A DNA stretch of 64,000 bases, taken from contig JAHLTZ010000020.1 of NCBI GenBank assembly GCA_025786725.1, positions 186,001 to 250,000 on the forward strand. The letters are read 5' to 3'. The position numbers and the translations under genes were made by a program. Within the stretch, counting starts at the first letter, position 1; every line of letters begins with the position of its first letter. The stretch comes from Syncephalis fuscata S228. Its lineage: Eukaryota > Fungi > Zoopagomycota. The notes under the pieces were generated by a model. That model was given only the letters and a program-made list of their open reading frames with translations. It was not told the origin of the DNA and ran no database searches. Positions 37,597 through 51,573 of this stretch are shown one piece after another.

Positions 37597-39716
37597 TTAG
37601 TCAACTAGATCTCGACGGAATTGTTCACCCTTGGCTTGTGCTAAATAGATACATTGTTGTTATTGTTAGATAAATAATAGCAATAATAGCAATAATAATA
37701 ATAATATAAATGGATTGGTGTAATACTTACTTTCAGATGGTACAACCACATGTGCACCCACTGTGCAGTCTTTTAATGTGGCACGTTCCAATACTTTACC
37801 ATTTTGACAAATGACACAACCATCTAATTTAACACTAAAAATACATGGTAATTAATAAATATCTACTGATTTAAGTAGTTTAATTGACTGCACTTACTTA
37901 TCCTCCAATGATACATTGTCCATTAGAATTGAATTGACAATCTTTACATTTTTGCCAATTTGACAATGGCCACCGATAACTGAGCGTTTAACCGAGCAGC
38001 GTTCATCCATTCGTGTGCCTTCTCCAACAAGTGAGTCTGGACCAATCTAGATAGCAATAGTATTGGTATTTGTATGAATATTAATTAGTAATGTATATTA
38101 TATTATATTTACTTACTTGGGTTTTTGCGTCTATTTCGGCCGATGCATGGACACGTGTACTGGCGGCATTCGTGGCGCATACTTTAGTCATCTAGTAGCG
38201 GTTATTATACAGCAATATAGCTATTAGTGAATGGCTCTATCTATTAGTGCTATGTTATCATTGCTGCTTACATGTCGATTTAACTCGGAATAGGTGGGGA
38301 TGGTGTTGGCCCGTCCTGTCATACATGCATTGGTGCGACAAACAATGGCATAACAGCAAATCTCAACGGCTTTCTCTTCGTTAACATTAATAGTGGTTGA
38401 TAGATTTAATGCCGTCTTGTCATCTGCAGTCAACACGGCATCTGAAGGCATTGCCGCTGCTACTGTATTATACTCGTCAGTACATACTAGTGCTCAAGGG
38501 TACATTGTTACTTACATTCCAGTACACCGTCACGTTCAGCACGGCCTCGTTTCCACTGCATCTTTACAAGTGCTGGCAATAGATCCTCTCGTAGCGATGT
38601 AATGCGTGGCTGATCGGCCAAATAGTCTAGAACCCAGCGCTTAAAGATATACACATGAGCATCCAATAGATTGGCGTATAGACGAACACGTGGATATCTA
38701 GTCACAATAGATAGATAGATACAAATATATTATTATTAAAAGGATTGAAAATTAATAAATCGTTTAACTTACTTCCACATCATTGTGGCGCGTATTTGCA
38801 TTTCTGTTCGTGATTCTTCAGCTGTCGATAGATGAACAAGCTGTTGTTGTTGCGGTGTAATGCCCACAAATCGTGCAAAGTCTATTATTGATTATGTATT
38901 AGTAAACAAACCAAACATTTAGTGTTGTACTTCTTCTTACCATCCTCTTTGGGTACAACTGCTGTATCGGCCTGTTCATAAAACATAGATATAACTGCGG
39001 CATTACCATGAAGTCGGTAAAAATCAAGTAATTGATTTGGATCCATTTCTGTAATTAGATCACAACCAACAACCAACACATCACCCTGTAGTTTAATTTA
39101 TGTAATTAAACCGATAGGATATTTATATTAGAATTGATGTCTATGCCACTATTTGCTATAGTCTACTATTGTGGCAATCATTACCTTGATTCTATCACGC
39201 ACTAGTCGAAGTGCATCGGCCGATCCTTGACAGTCGTCACTCGACACGATATCAACGGCTGTTGCATCTTCAGCTACTGCTCGGACAGCATGAGAGACAC
39301 GGGGTGCCGCAACACTTGGTGTCAACACCGTAACATCTAAGGGATATCATAAATAAATAGAAGAAGGCCGCCATTGACTTAATAAACCAAAAAGTTAAAC
39401 TATTGTCTACGCACCATGAATACCACAGCGCTGAAGCCAAGTCATGACGTGGGCGATCATGGGCCGATTGGCTACAGGCAATAGTGCTTTCGGTAGATTC
39501 TCTTCCTCCGTTAGTGCACCCAGTCTGTATAGATAAAAGGAGAAATAGAATGCAATATACGAGTATATTAATAGAGTGGCATAGAGGAAAGACGTGCATA
39601 GCTAACGTTTAAAGGATCGCTTACCGATTGCCATAACCCGCAAGCACGATTGCTTGAAGCTCTGTGGAGCGCGATACGCGCGTTGTTGTTTTCTCGTCAT
39701 CGGCAAGGAATAACAT
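37597..39716 (-). CDS. GCD1: eIF2B gamma subunit
   Basis: LQAIVLAGYGN, LPKALLPVANRP, GSADALR, LVVGCDLI, LLDAHVYIFKRWV, and C-terminal hexapeptide repeats (SVKRSVIGGHCQIGKNVKIVNSILMDNV). Confidence 0.9.
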
Positions 39717-40909
39717 GGTTGGAAAATAAGAAAAATCGATCAATGTCAACGATGATAACGATGAAGGCAATCCGTTTATTTATTATTTTTTATTTCTCTC
39801 TTTGATTGGCATTTGAGTGCACCCTTTTAGACAACACCAACATTGATTTGTACAATTATGAATATGGTGAGAGGTTAAAGAAAGTAATTGTAATAAATAA
39901 ACATAAAAGGTTTATAGCATGTTTGGTTTTTGGTGTTTAAATTCAATCAATCCTTATTACTACTATACTTTAGCTTGGATGTAATAATACCATACAGGTT
40001 TTGACCATTATTATATTATGATTATATATTTTATGTGGTATTACTACCAATTAGCAAAGGCGTTATGTTTAAATGTATTGCATTTTGTGTCAATATTATT
40101 CATTAAAGGTAGAAATAAAAACATTATACTGTTTCAAAAAGTGTATTGGAGTTGATTGAATTAAAATGCGAAAATGTAAACTAACTGGCTGCAAAAGATA
40201 ATATAAAAACTTGCAATGGCGTAATATACACGTAATTGACCATGTAACTATTCAAATGCTGATAGCCACATTAGTCTATCTTGGGATTTATGAACAAGAC
40301 TGCGTATCAATAAACAGAATATACTATAGAAAATATTACACTAAAACATTTGTGAATTAAACTATCATTGTTATCGTTCTATTTTAGATCCATGTAATAC
40401 ATTGTTACACTTTTTTGAAAGGTCCGAGTATGCCAACCTTGAATTCATTGGTTTGGTATTGTTTATAACACTAGGAATCTAGAATATTAATGTTCAAAGT
40501 GCCATTTTGTAATTAAAACATATAATCAATTAATTCTTTATGTTTCTACTTTGTTCTGATTGTTTAAACATCAAACAAACAAACAAATTCTAACAATAAT
40601 GATATGCACATTTCAAATCAAATTCTATTAGCATCCCAATTATTGCATCGAATTTCAAATTCTGATAGTAAAAATATTGTTCTATAATCAGAAAATAGGA
40701 CCAATTGATTCTTTGTGCTTCTTGTTTTGTTCCAAGTGCTGCTAGTTAATAAATAAATATACTCTAAATCGTATGTTGATTTTCATTTAAATACGGCTGC
40801 CATTTCAATTTCAGCTCTTCTTAGTTTAATTTAAATAACTATTCATTTATGTTCTCTTCGTTTAATAATATAACATTGTGAACTTTCTAGACAATCACAA
40901 TACATTAAT

Positions 40910-43129
40910 ATGGCCTCTGAGGTCAGTTATTTTGATTCTTGTTCAATTCATTCTTTTAAAGCTACAGATTCTAACGAGGCCATGTCTAATCTTTTTAATG
41001 ATGAAGAATTTATATACACAAATCTTCCAGATTGTTGGAATAATTTACCCAAAGCAAAACGCGATAGCGCTGCTGGATGGGTTGAAATATATGATTCAGC
41101 ATCTACAGGTGTGCTAACCTAATACGGATTATATATTAACTATCTAATAATTGCTTAGAATTTATTTTAGCAAAAAATAGTCCATTCTACGCTGGACCTG
41201 GAGCATTCTGGTAATTATTCAATAATAGTGTGTGTAAATATTAAACTAATAATATACATCGTGTCAAATAGCGATTATCAATCGCACCAAATCTTGCATC
41301 TCAATTCTGTTTTCAGATTCTAGTGGCAAGTATAACGCGTATTTTTTAAACTAGCACTAATTGTATATCAATACAGAAAAATGAAATGGTTGTCTGTACA
41401 GTAAGTAAATAAGCATCAAACATTTTTATTACTAATCAGCAATTTAGAATCTTGGATCGTCGATATTAACAGGTTAGTATAGATAAATAATAGCAAGCAA
41501 CTATTGACCTTCGATTTAGTTAATGGCACTCAAGTGCATATGAACAAAATCAAAAAAGTTAACGTAATTGCGTTATTAAAATAGCCGCATGCAACAGTAA
41601 GTAGTAGCTATTTTATCATCGTTTCTAACCATTTCGTATAGCAACTTTTTGCGTTTACATTATTAAACGTGCCAAACATATTCAAATAGAAGATAGTTTG
41701 GAATACCAACAAGTAAGTTTATGAATATGTTTAAATATACTAATACACTACCTTATTAATGTTATAGAAAATCAGCCGGCGTTATATGATCACTGATGTG
41801 GTCCTTGGACGGTAAGCAAGTAAATTAAACAAAACCATTAACTAATAATCTATTTATAATAGAGGCGCTTTTGGCACAGTGCACCTAGGACGTGACCGCG
41901 TCACGCGTCAGTACATTGCAGTTAAAATATCGCCACTAGACGACGGCTTTATCAGCTTCGACAATGAAGCTCGTGTATTACGCAAGGTGAACGACCACGC
42001 TCGCATAATAGAACTGCTACATGAAGAAACCACCGCCATTAACACATACTTGGTTATTCAATACGCGCCAGGTGGCGACCTACGTCGCTACCTAAAGAGC
42101 TATGCCCCACTTTCAGAACTGGAAGCAAAAGATATTTTTAGGCAAATACTCGAGGGTATTAAGGTAACATATTATAGCATATTGCTCAAAACGCTAACAC
42201 CTATTAGTTTTTGCATGACAAAAACATAATCCATCGTGGTAATTATAATAAGTTATTTATTACTACATACACTAATTACTATTGCCATTGCTGTTATATT
42301 GCTATTTAGATATAAAAGTAAGTAACTTATTGCTATTAATTATCATTACTAACACTTCGCTAGCCTAGCAATATATTGCTGTTAAATAATAGCAAGTATC
42401 CCAAAGTCATTATTTCAGACTTTGGAATTGCACACACATTATCGTTTTCTTCTACTGCGTTTGATCATTGTGGCACAATTGCCTATATGGCTCCAGAAGT
42501 ACTATTGGGATCGGATATGCAGAATCCCTTGCTTGAAGATACAAAGTGCGATGCAATGTTTTTACATCAATTAGCTTCGGCACCGTTGGATGTCAACAAA
42601 TATGGAAAACCTGCTGACATGTGGAGTTTGGGCATAACACTCCACATGATGTTATCAGGTAAACGCAAATAGAAATACAACACAGTACTAATTATTATAT
42701 AATACCAACTAGGAAAACATCCTTACGGCACGCCAGATGACTTATTTGCATATATGACAAATATATTGCAAAATCCGTTTGCTTTTGGTCAAAAAAATGC
42801 AGCCAGTTTTAGCGATGAAGGTAAGCAATTTATTTATTTGTTATGACAACTAACAATATACAGCCATTCATTTAATGAAGCGATTGCTCAACGTTGATAG
42901 CGACGCAAGATGCACAATAGACGAAGCATTAGGATGCTCTTGGATTACTGGTATACAAGAGGCAGTGCCAATAGAAGCAGCACCAGCTGCAACAAAGCAG
43001 CTGCAACAAGGGTCTGTGTTTCTGAAACGACGTCAACCAAAGCGCAAATGTCGTTCCAAATATAAATCTCAAGGAGCTGTAGAACAATCACGCCTTTTCC
43101 GACAAGCCCGCTTTAATAGAATTTTTTAG
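40910..43129 (+). CDS. Mek1/Chk2-like Ser/Thr kinase (degenerate FHA-like N-terminus + CAMK-type kinase), paralog 1
   Basis: LGR|GAFGTV, IAVK, IIHR|DIK|PSNILL, PKVIISDFG, CGTIAYMAPEV, YGKPADMWSLGI. Many short exons. Confidence 0.8.
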
Positions 43130-43714
43130 TAATTAAAAGGTAAAAGTTTTAGCAATTAAGCAAATTATAATACTAATCATCATGAGTAGTTAGAAAACTT
43201 TATTTACATTAATTCATTATTTTAGTTGATTAGTATATTTTTATATATTTAATCATTTTATTAAATCAATAAAATAGCTTTATTTTATAAAATTATATAT
43301 CGCAATTGTTTTGCATATTTGCTTGTATACTATGAATAGTAATCATAAAATATATTTTATAACCACTATTTACTGGTAGCATATTTTATAATACTGCTGG
43401 TAAAATTATAGGCTGTATTTGTGTATGTTTAACAGAGTCGAATTGAAATATATAAGGAATATAGCTAGAGATAAAAACACAGCTTTTATTAATAAAACAT
43501 GATTTAATAAAGCATACGATAATATAGAATAAAATGAATAGGCAAAAAGAAATTATATGAATAATACTGGATAAAGTATAGTGTATGTAATTGAGTAAGC
43601 ATAATGAGCGTAATAAATTAAAATTTATAAAAAATACAATTAGTAATAAACAAAATGTTGTAAACAGTTGCGTATAGTCTATAGACGATAAAATGATATA
43701 CAATAAAATAAATG

Positions 43715-43877
43715 TATCATAAAATCAAAATGGGTAAGTGGTGAATATATGCATACTGGATAATAAATCTATAATAATAAGTATTATGGACCCTGACATC
43801 ATCCACCATCATATTCAATAAAACAAATGTTATTAGATATAGTCATTTAATTACTAAATCATACTAAATGGTTAATG
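43715..43877. repeat. Solo degenerate copy of the TIR arm of the 19545-20262 element
   Basis: TACTGGATAATAAATCTATAAT...CATCATATTCAATAAA..ATGTTATTAGATATAGTCATTT matches 20018-20120 and 20180-20240. Confidence 0.65.
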
Positions 43878-44836
43878 TTTGCAAAAATGTTATCTTTATT
43901 TATTTTACTATTTATTTACCAATTATTTCCACATAACTATTTAAACTGGTGTATAAGATGGCTTGAAATTTCGATAAATAAAAACATACTCTTTTCAGCT
44001 TGATAAAAAATATGTTTACAAGTGTTAATTATTATAGGTATGGCCGTTCTTCTATATAGACTTTGTTTAGCCTACAGCATACAAAGACGAGAAAAGCTAA
44101 TTATCCAGTTCCCGGTATAATTTCTAGTTTAGCTTGTGATCATAAAACGCCATATCTTGAATAAGACAAAGCATTGTTCTGAATGTTCTATTTTTAAACA
44201 AATAAACTGTTGCTTTTTGTATGGCTGTATCAATGATGTTATTTTGTGTTATCTAGGAACAATGTTCTGCTATCAGTGTCATTCTTTGCAAGATTGTATC
44301 AATAGGATGACGCAAAATGGTATTTGAGAACAATAGTTTGATGCCACTTGCATCACCTGGAACCAATGATCTGATGCCATTCTGCACCATTTAAGAACAA
44401 TACTTTGCCGCTACTATGCATCATGCAAAACAATGCCCTTATTCCATTGCCATTGTAAAATTTGCAGCATGCCGTTAGTCTTTTCTTTGTGTTGTAATAT
44501 TCAATGGCATCAATTCTTGCTTTGTGGCTGTTTCTCTATTTGTTGCGGTTGGCGCTTTGATTGTAACTTAGTAATTTACACATTTATCACACTAAAAATA
44601 GATCAATCATCTGCATAAGTTCTTTGTGTCTTTTTGGGGATATTGTTTGTCTACACTATTATTGCAGTATCACTTTTTATATTAACTGATATTGTGCTAT
44701 TGTAAATGTATTTAAATAAACGAAAAAAGTAATACACAATTATCTTACTTTCCTTTTCTTACTGCTTTACTCCCAGCTCATAACTTTCAATTTGGAATTT
44801 TATTATTTGAATATTTGAATTCATTATTTTATAATA

Positions 44837-47000
44837 ATGTTTTCCACTTCCATTCCAATTGTTCCGGTTGCTGTTGCTGTTCAACAGTCATTAAATCTTC
44901 CAAGTGATGAGGATTTAATGTTTTATAACGTTTCAGCAAACTGGTACACCTTTTCTCCAGCAATATGCATTGCTATTGTCGTATGGGCTAGAATCCATGA
45001 AGCAGGATCTAAAAGTAAGTTAAAAATTGCTAAATATAAATCTATCTAACTAGTGTTTATTTAGAAATTTCAATAATAAAAAATAAGAGTTATACTGTTG
45101 GGTCCGATCAAGACTGGTAATTATTTAAAACAATATATAAGTAATAAGCTAATATCATGCACATTTAAACAGCAACGTCTGCCTGGCCACTGCATCTTTG
45201 CCAGATCAATGCTTTAAATTTTTAGTAGTAAGTATAATATTTGCATTGATAAACTGGTACTAACTATGAATGATTATAGTCGAATGGTTTTATTACATTC
45301 AAAGTAAGTAAATGGGCATTTAACATTATTAATACTAATTAGTAATTTAGAACATTGAACTAGATGTTTTAATGGGTTAGTTTAAGCAAGTAATAGTAAT
45401 TATTTTACTAACAATTATTTTAGTCAATAACATTGAATTGAGTGCCAATGAGTCAAGAAGAGTTGCCGGTGATTGTGTTGTCACAATACCTGGCCACAAT
45501 AGTAAGTGACAAGTGATTATTTATGATTATTTCTAATTATGCGTGGCAGCAACATTTAATATATACATCATTAAACATTATAAGCCTGTAAAAATAGAAG
45601 ACAGCAAAGAATACGAAAAGGTAAGTTTACAATTATATTTAAATATTGCTAATATTATTTTATTAATGTTATAGAAAATCAACCAGAAGTTCATGCTTGT
45701 TGATAAGCCCATTGGAGAGTAAGTAATAAACTAAACTAACTAATTAGCTACTAATTATTTATAATAGGGGCGCTTTTGGCCAAGTCTACATGGGATTTGA
45801 CCGCAGCACAGGCGAACGTGTTGCGGTCAAAGTATCATCAAAAGGAAGCGGCCTTAAAAGCTTCAATAATGAAGTCGCCACATTACGTGCGGTGGGTAAC
45901 CACCCTGGCGTAATAGGCTTTTTAGATGGTGCGGTCACCGCCCTGAACACGTACTTGTCTCTTGAGTACGCAACAGGCGGTGATCTAATTAATCACATCG
46001 TCTCAAAAGCCCCACTTCCAGAGATGGAAGCAAAATATATCTTTAAACAGCTGCTTGAAGGTATTCAAGTAAGTACTAGTATAAAACACTAATTAAAATA
46101 CTAACATTCTATTAGCACCTTCATAGCATGAATATCATTTATCGTGGTAAATACATTAACCTATTAATTAATATAATCACTAATCACTATTATTACTATT
46201 ATTACTATTATTACTATTGTTATTTAGATATCAAAGTAAGTATTTATTAAATATTTGTAATTATTGCTAACATTTAAATAGCCCGACAACATGCTGTTGT
46301 TTGGTGGCCAGGGGGGTCCCAGAGTCGTATTTACAGACTTTGGGATGGCATGCATTCTCCCTCCTTCACTAACTGTGACCACTTTTTGCGGCACAGTTGC
46401 CTACATGGCACCTGAGGTGCTGTTGGGACTAATAGGCGGGAGAATATGGAGGATATCATCAAAAGCATGCCTGGGGCCAAAGATCGGCTACCTTCAGCAT
46501 TGTTGAATGCTAAGGAGCATAGAAAGCCCGCCGATATGTGGGGCTTGGGAGCAACGCTCCATACGATGTTACTGGGTAAGTGCAAACAAAAACAAAAGCA
46601 AACACTAACTGTTTAATACTATTAATTAGAACGCTGCCCATATAGCATAGTAAAGACCCAATCTATGTATATGAGGCGCATACTACAGAATCCGCCCACA
46701 TTTGGCCGGGGAAGAATCAACGGGTTAAGTAATCAAGGTAAGTTATATATTTTTTATTAACATCAACTAATACACTGCAGTCATTCAATTGATGGAAGAA
46801 TTACTAGATCTAGATAGTACCACACGGTATACTGCCGCCCAGGTATTGAACTGTTCTTGGTTCAACAATGGATTAGCAGCAAGAAAACAGCAGCGTCAGC
46901 CAAAACGCAGTCGCTATTCCAAATACAAAACAAGGTGTTGCTAAACGGGCACTTTCCTTCCGACAAGCCCGCCTTAAAAAGGCCCACTTTAAATTAAAAG
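44837..47000 (+). CDS. Mek1/Chk2-like Ser/Thr kinase, paralog 2
   Basis: Same intron positions as paralog 1; GAFGQV, VAVK, IIYR|DIK|PDNMLL, PRVVFTDFG, CGTVAYMAPEV, KPADMWGLG. Apparent 1-nt frameshifts near 46427 and 46930; end approximate. Confidence 0.8.
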
Positions 47001-50000
47001 GCAAGTACTCACTAACAATTACGCAAATCATAGCACTAATCATATTAAATACTTAGGTGGCTGTATACTATTTGTATGTTATTATTTATATATTATAAAA
47101 TAAACACTATATTTCTTATCCTATTTACTATGTACATTATTGTTCCATCTCTTATAATGTAGTAACAGTTGATATATATTGTACTACACTGACTTTTAGT
47201 ATCAAATAACTTTTATTATTTAATGCATTCGCTATTATACTGACAACATGTTCTATGATAATGAGTAGTTTTGGTGTCAAATGGCTTTTATTTTTAATGC
47301 ATTTATTCATTTACTATTAATCTGTTCTATGATGTATTGACATGTTGGGTAGATTGACTTTTATTATTTCACATTGCATTTATTAATGAATTAAACTCGG
47401 CTGTTTATAAATATTGACTGACAGGCTCACAGCTCACAATCTACGTCATCACATTTCCCTTTCTCTTTCTTCACACTTGATAGCATATATCCATTGCATA
47501 TACTTGTACACTCCATATATACCATCTAAATAGTGTCAGTAGTTGAATGACTACTAGTTATGTACAACACTATTTACACTATGTACCTGCATTGCTCTTT
47601 TGCAATTACCTTTTTTCATTACTCCTGATCATTATATTGGCAGCTTTATTGACACGATAAGTGCATTCCTGGCTTGTTTTATGTTATTTTGAGCATATGC
47701 TGTTAAATATCATTGTACGCTTTATTTTATTATTGATCGCAATTGCAAGCCATCTGGCAATAACTTTGCAATCTCAGCAAGGCAGTCAATATGCTACTGC
47801 TGAGACTGCAAATGCTGTTGTTAGTACGATCTGCAGTAGCGATCTATAGCAAAAAAGAGTATATAATGGCTTTGGTAGCATATAGCCATCACAGTCATTG
47901 TGTAGAACTACCAGCACAATGATTGTAGTGACTGTATGCATTATTGCTTCTCCTGTTGCCTTCTTTTGCTCTTTTCCGCTATACGTCCTATCAGTCTAAT
48001 CTAAACATAATCAGCTCTTTAGATGCTTATATAAATCTTGCTATACTTTATTGACTTAGTATGTATTTCTCAATATAACAATATTGTGCAAATAGACGCA
48101 TGTGTTTCTATAGTATAAATCAAAATTTTATTTTTACTTTTTTCGTTACTTGGAATAGTAGTAATTTATTTGGCTTTACAGCTATTATTTATTATACAAT
48201 ATATATTTATTAATCAAAATGTAAGCATGCAAAAAACATTCATAGCTTTTGAGCTAGTGTATTGGCAGCTCTGTTAACTAATAAAAAATACAACGGACAA
48301 ACTCTGTTGTATATGTAGATTGTTTGCGCTGGTACATTGTTTTAAATTAATAAAAGTTTCATAATCCAAGTCTATCAGTCATAGCAAACCATATTGACGT
48401 CTAGATAGCTTTAAATCTGAAATTAGTGATATAGCCTGTTGCTTATTAATGCTGAGAACACGTTCATATCAACTAATAAATGTACAATTAACGCTGTATA
48501 TATTTGATATGCTGAATAACAAAGTAACAAAATGATAAGACTTTATTTTATTTATTGTTCAAATGTTTTCGAAAGAGCTATTACAATAAGCCAGCTGCTA
48601 GTTTGCTGATGAGGCTGCTTATGTTTTTGATTAACTGATTTCACTGATATCAACATCAATACGCCATTTCAGATCATTATTGCTTATATACATATTTTGA
48701 GTATACACTGATCATGGCTACAGATTGCGGTTTGATTAGTTTACAGCCAAGTACCATGGTCAAATGTTGCACCAGACATATGGGGGCATAGTCAATTCAA
48801 ACCATTAAACATGGACCAGACAGGCTTGCTGATTGAATGGATCTTTAACCAAGTTCTATAGTCATTGAGCGCTTAGTTCAGTTACCAAGCTAAATTAGTT
48901 TTTTTGGCCAACACAACTACTTGACAATTCTCTAGCAATGTCTGTAAACATCTAGCTTGCATTTGCTATCAAGCATCAGGCAATAGTGCTTTCATTACAA
49001 CAAGCAATAGCAACACTTACTATTCGAATATTCATCTATGTTTGCCTATGTTGAGTTGCGTTATAAACTGGCAGCACCTGATTTGTAATGGTATGGAACA
49101 CTAGACACTGCCTTTATTATACTTGTTGCTGTGCAACTTATTATTATCCGCTATAATTATGAACAACTGTTGCTAATATTAATTTTATTAATAGGCTATT
49201 GAATATGCAACAAACAGGTATGTAGCTTGTCAGTTTACATGCTAGATTGGTATATGTATTTATTTTCCAAACATCTATTCATCACTCAGTGACATATGTA
49301 TAGTGCAGACTAGTATGTATTAAACAAGAATATTGACACTGAAGTGTACATGTATATTAAAAAAGTTATGTTGCGTGATGTTTATATAACAATTGTTAAA
49401 TGGAAAACGATTTAATGGTGGCAGTTGTACAATACTTCATCATTATTGCTTTAGTGCTTACAAAGCTAGCTAATATTTTATATTATATTACTTAAATCCA
49501 TAAATTACAATGTATTTTTTGAATATAGCAATTAAACTATTTAATAGCTTCCAAAGTATATCCTAATTCGTACTTTGCTTTGATCTAACATCCTTTGTAA
49601 TATTTAACTGAACATTGTCTGCTCTGTGTAGAAGCTATTTAGTTGATATAGCAATATATTAAAATAGCCTGATTGGCTGATTGTAGTATAAAAATTGATT
49701 ACATAAAATTTTAGAATAAATTATATGGCACTATTTTGCAATAATAATAAAAGTAAATACTTTGAAGCTAAAAGTTGATGCTATAGAATATGATACTTAT
49801 TTTAAATATTTTTTTATTATTATTGCTATTAAGGACGTAATAATAGGTTACATTGATTGTTACAAATATTATAAGGGTGTTGAAGTCTGTGTAAAAATGG
49901 GCGACATTTGAGAAAACATACACTATTGAAACGCCAAGTCCTAATTATTTGACTAGATACCGATAATTTTACCATTATTTGTATATCTTAATAAATATTA

Positions 50001-50703
50001 TAATTTGGCTATCAGTGTTCAAATAGAATACGCGATTTTAAATTAATTCGATTGCAACATTATTGCTTAATTGGCATATAGATCCAGATGTGCCAATAAG
50101 CTATCAGTTTGTTTTGAAATATTCATGTAGCAGCTACCGTGGAGGGGACGATAGGTTGCGAGTATAAACCGATTTCTGATACCAAGTGCGAAAATGCAGG
50201 ATGTAAAACATTGCTACGGAAGCAAGCATACCCGTGTATTTAAAACGGCCTATCATGGCAAACTGGTTTGAAGGCAACGTTGTACTGTCTGAGCAGCTGT
50301 TAGAGAAAACTCCATTTGACTTAACATGGACAGACACCACTGATTTACCATGAAACATTATTTCAAAACATACCACCTTCAAGTTATCCTTTGCAAAATA
50401 GCACATGCGTTACTCGGACATAAACAATATTTATAAATATATAAACAATCCTGGCCGAAATAGCTTTGACCCTTACCAGTTTTCTATTTCTCTCGTTACC
50501 TAGACCTTGTAGTTGAATTACAAAAATCACGCGCGTCTGGATACGCTATTTTTTCAACTAGCACGATATTGCCTCATAGTACTGCGCAAGTTGCCCATAA
50601 ACAATTTTTATACAAACCAACCTGCCACCGCTATTATTTCCTACAACACTGCCGCTAAGAGACACTCTATCAAACGTTTTATTATACTTTTTTATTTGCC
50701 AAT

Positions 50704-51555
50704 ATGCATGCCAAGTTACTTGTTATTGCCAGCCTAGCTTTACTTACGACGCAGTACGCAGTCACTGCTTATGATCGTAATCTTATGCTGTGTTTAGTTA
50801 ATCAAGAACGGGCTAATCGCGGCTTGTGGGCCCTTGGGCCAAACGCAGCGCTCGACAATGCTTCTCAGCGACACAGCGACGATCAGGCTAGAAACAAATT
50901 TATGGATCACAATGGCAGCGATGGATCCCGACCACAGGATCGTATTGATGCTACCGGTTACAAATGGACTGCATTTCGGGAAAATGTTGCATTTGGTCAG
51001 AAAGATGAGCGTGATGTTATGAAAGCCTGGATGGAATCGACGGGACATCGAGACAATATCCTGGCCAATAATATTTATCATTTGGGCTCAGCTGTCGCTT
51101 ACAATGGCAATGTAGGATACTATACACAGAATTTTGGATCTGACGGCACTAAACCGTCCTATCCATCTTGCCCGTCATCGTATTCGACTGGTTACTCGGC
51201 ACCATCGCCACCGCCATCAACTTATGGTGAGGCTAAAATGTCATATGCACCGGAAAGCTCGTATTCGGACTATTCTACCTACTCTTATTCTACTTCTTCA
51301 GACGAAAGCTACTCAGACGAAAGTGATTCAGACGACAGTTATGTGGATACACCATCTACCTACTCGACAGCACCAGCTACCAGTTACGCTCCCAAATCAT
51401 CCTATAAAAGCACTCAGACACAGAGTAGTACAACTTATGAAACACCAGGATGGAATTGTACCAAGAAAGATAGCAACGGCAAATGTTATCACTGGAAAAA
51501 ATGCACTGGCAACAGCGCTTCATGGTCTTGCGAAGAAAAATGGACCAGTCTCTAA
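50704..51555 (+). CDS. Secreted CAP/SCP (PR-1-like) domain protein with Ser/Tyr-rich linker and Cys/Trp C-terminal module
   Basis: Signal peptide; LCLVNQERANRGL, SQRHSDDQ, MDHNGSDGS, ENVAFGQ, WMESTGHRDNIL, YYTQNFG. Intronless. Confidence 0.92.
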   Translation: MHAKLLVIASLALLTTQYAVTAYDRNLMLCLVNQERANRGLWALGPNAALDNASQRHSDDQARNKFMDHNGSDGSRPQDRIDATGYKWTAFRENVAFGQKDERDVMKAWMESTGHRDNILANNIYHLGSAVAYNGNVGYYTQNFGSDGTKPSYPSCPSSYSTGYSAPSPPPSTYGEAKMSYAPESSYSDYSTYSYSTSSDESYSDESDSDDSYVDTPSTYSTAPATSYAPKSSYKSTQTQSSTTYETPGWNCTKKDSNGKCYHWKKCTGNSASWSCEEKWTSL

Positions 51556-51573
51556 ATTTAAAGTTTTAGTTGA

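Noticed and set aside
43386-43703. 105-aa hydrophobic ORF (also 63203-63436 and 6120-6404)
   Set aside because: Ile/Phe/Leu/Tyr bias is expected from AT-rich non-coding DNA; no motifs or splice support.
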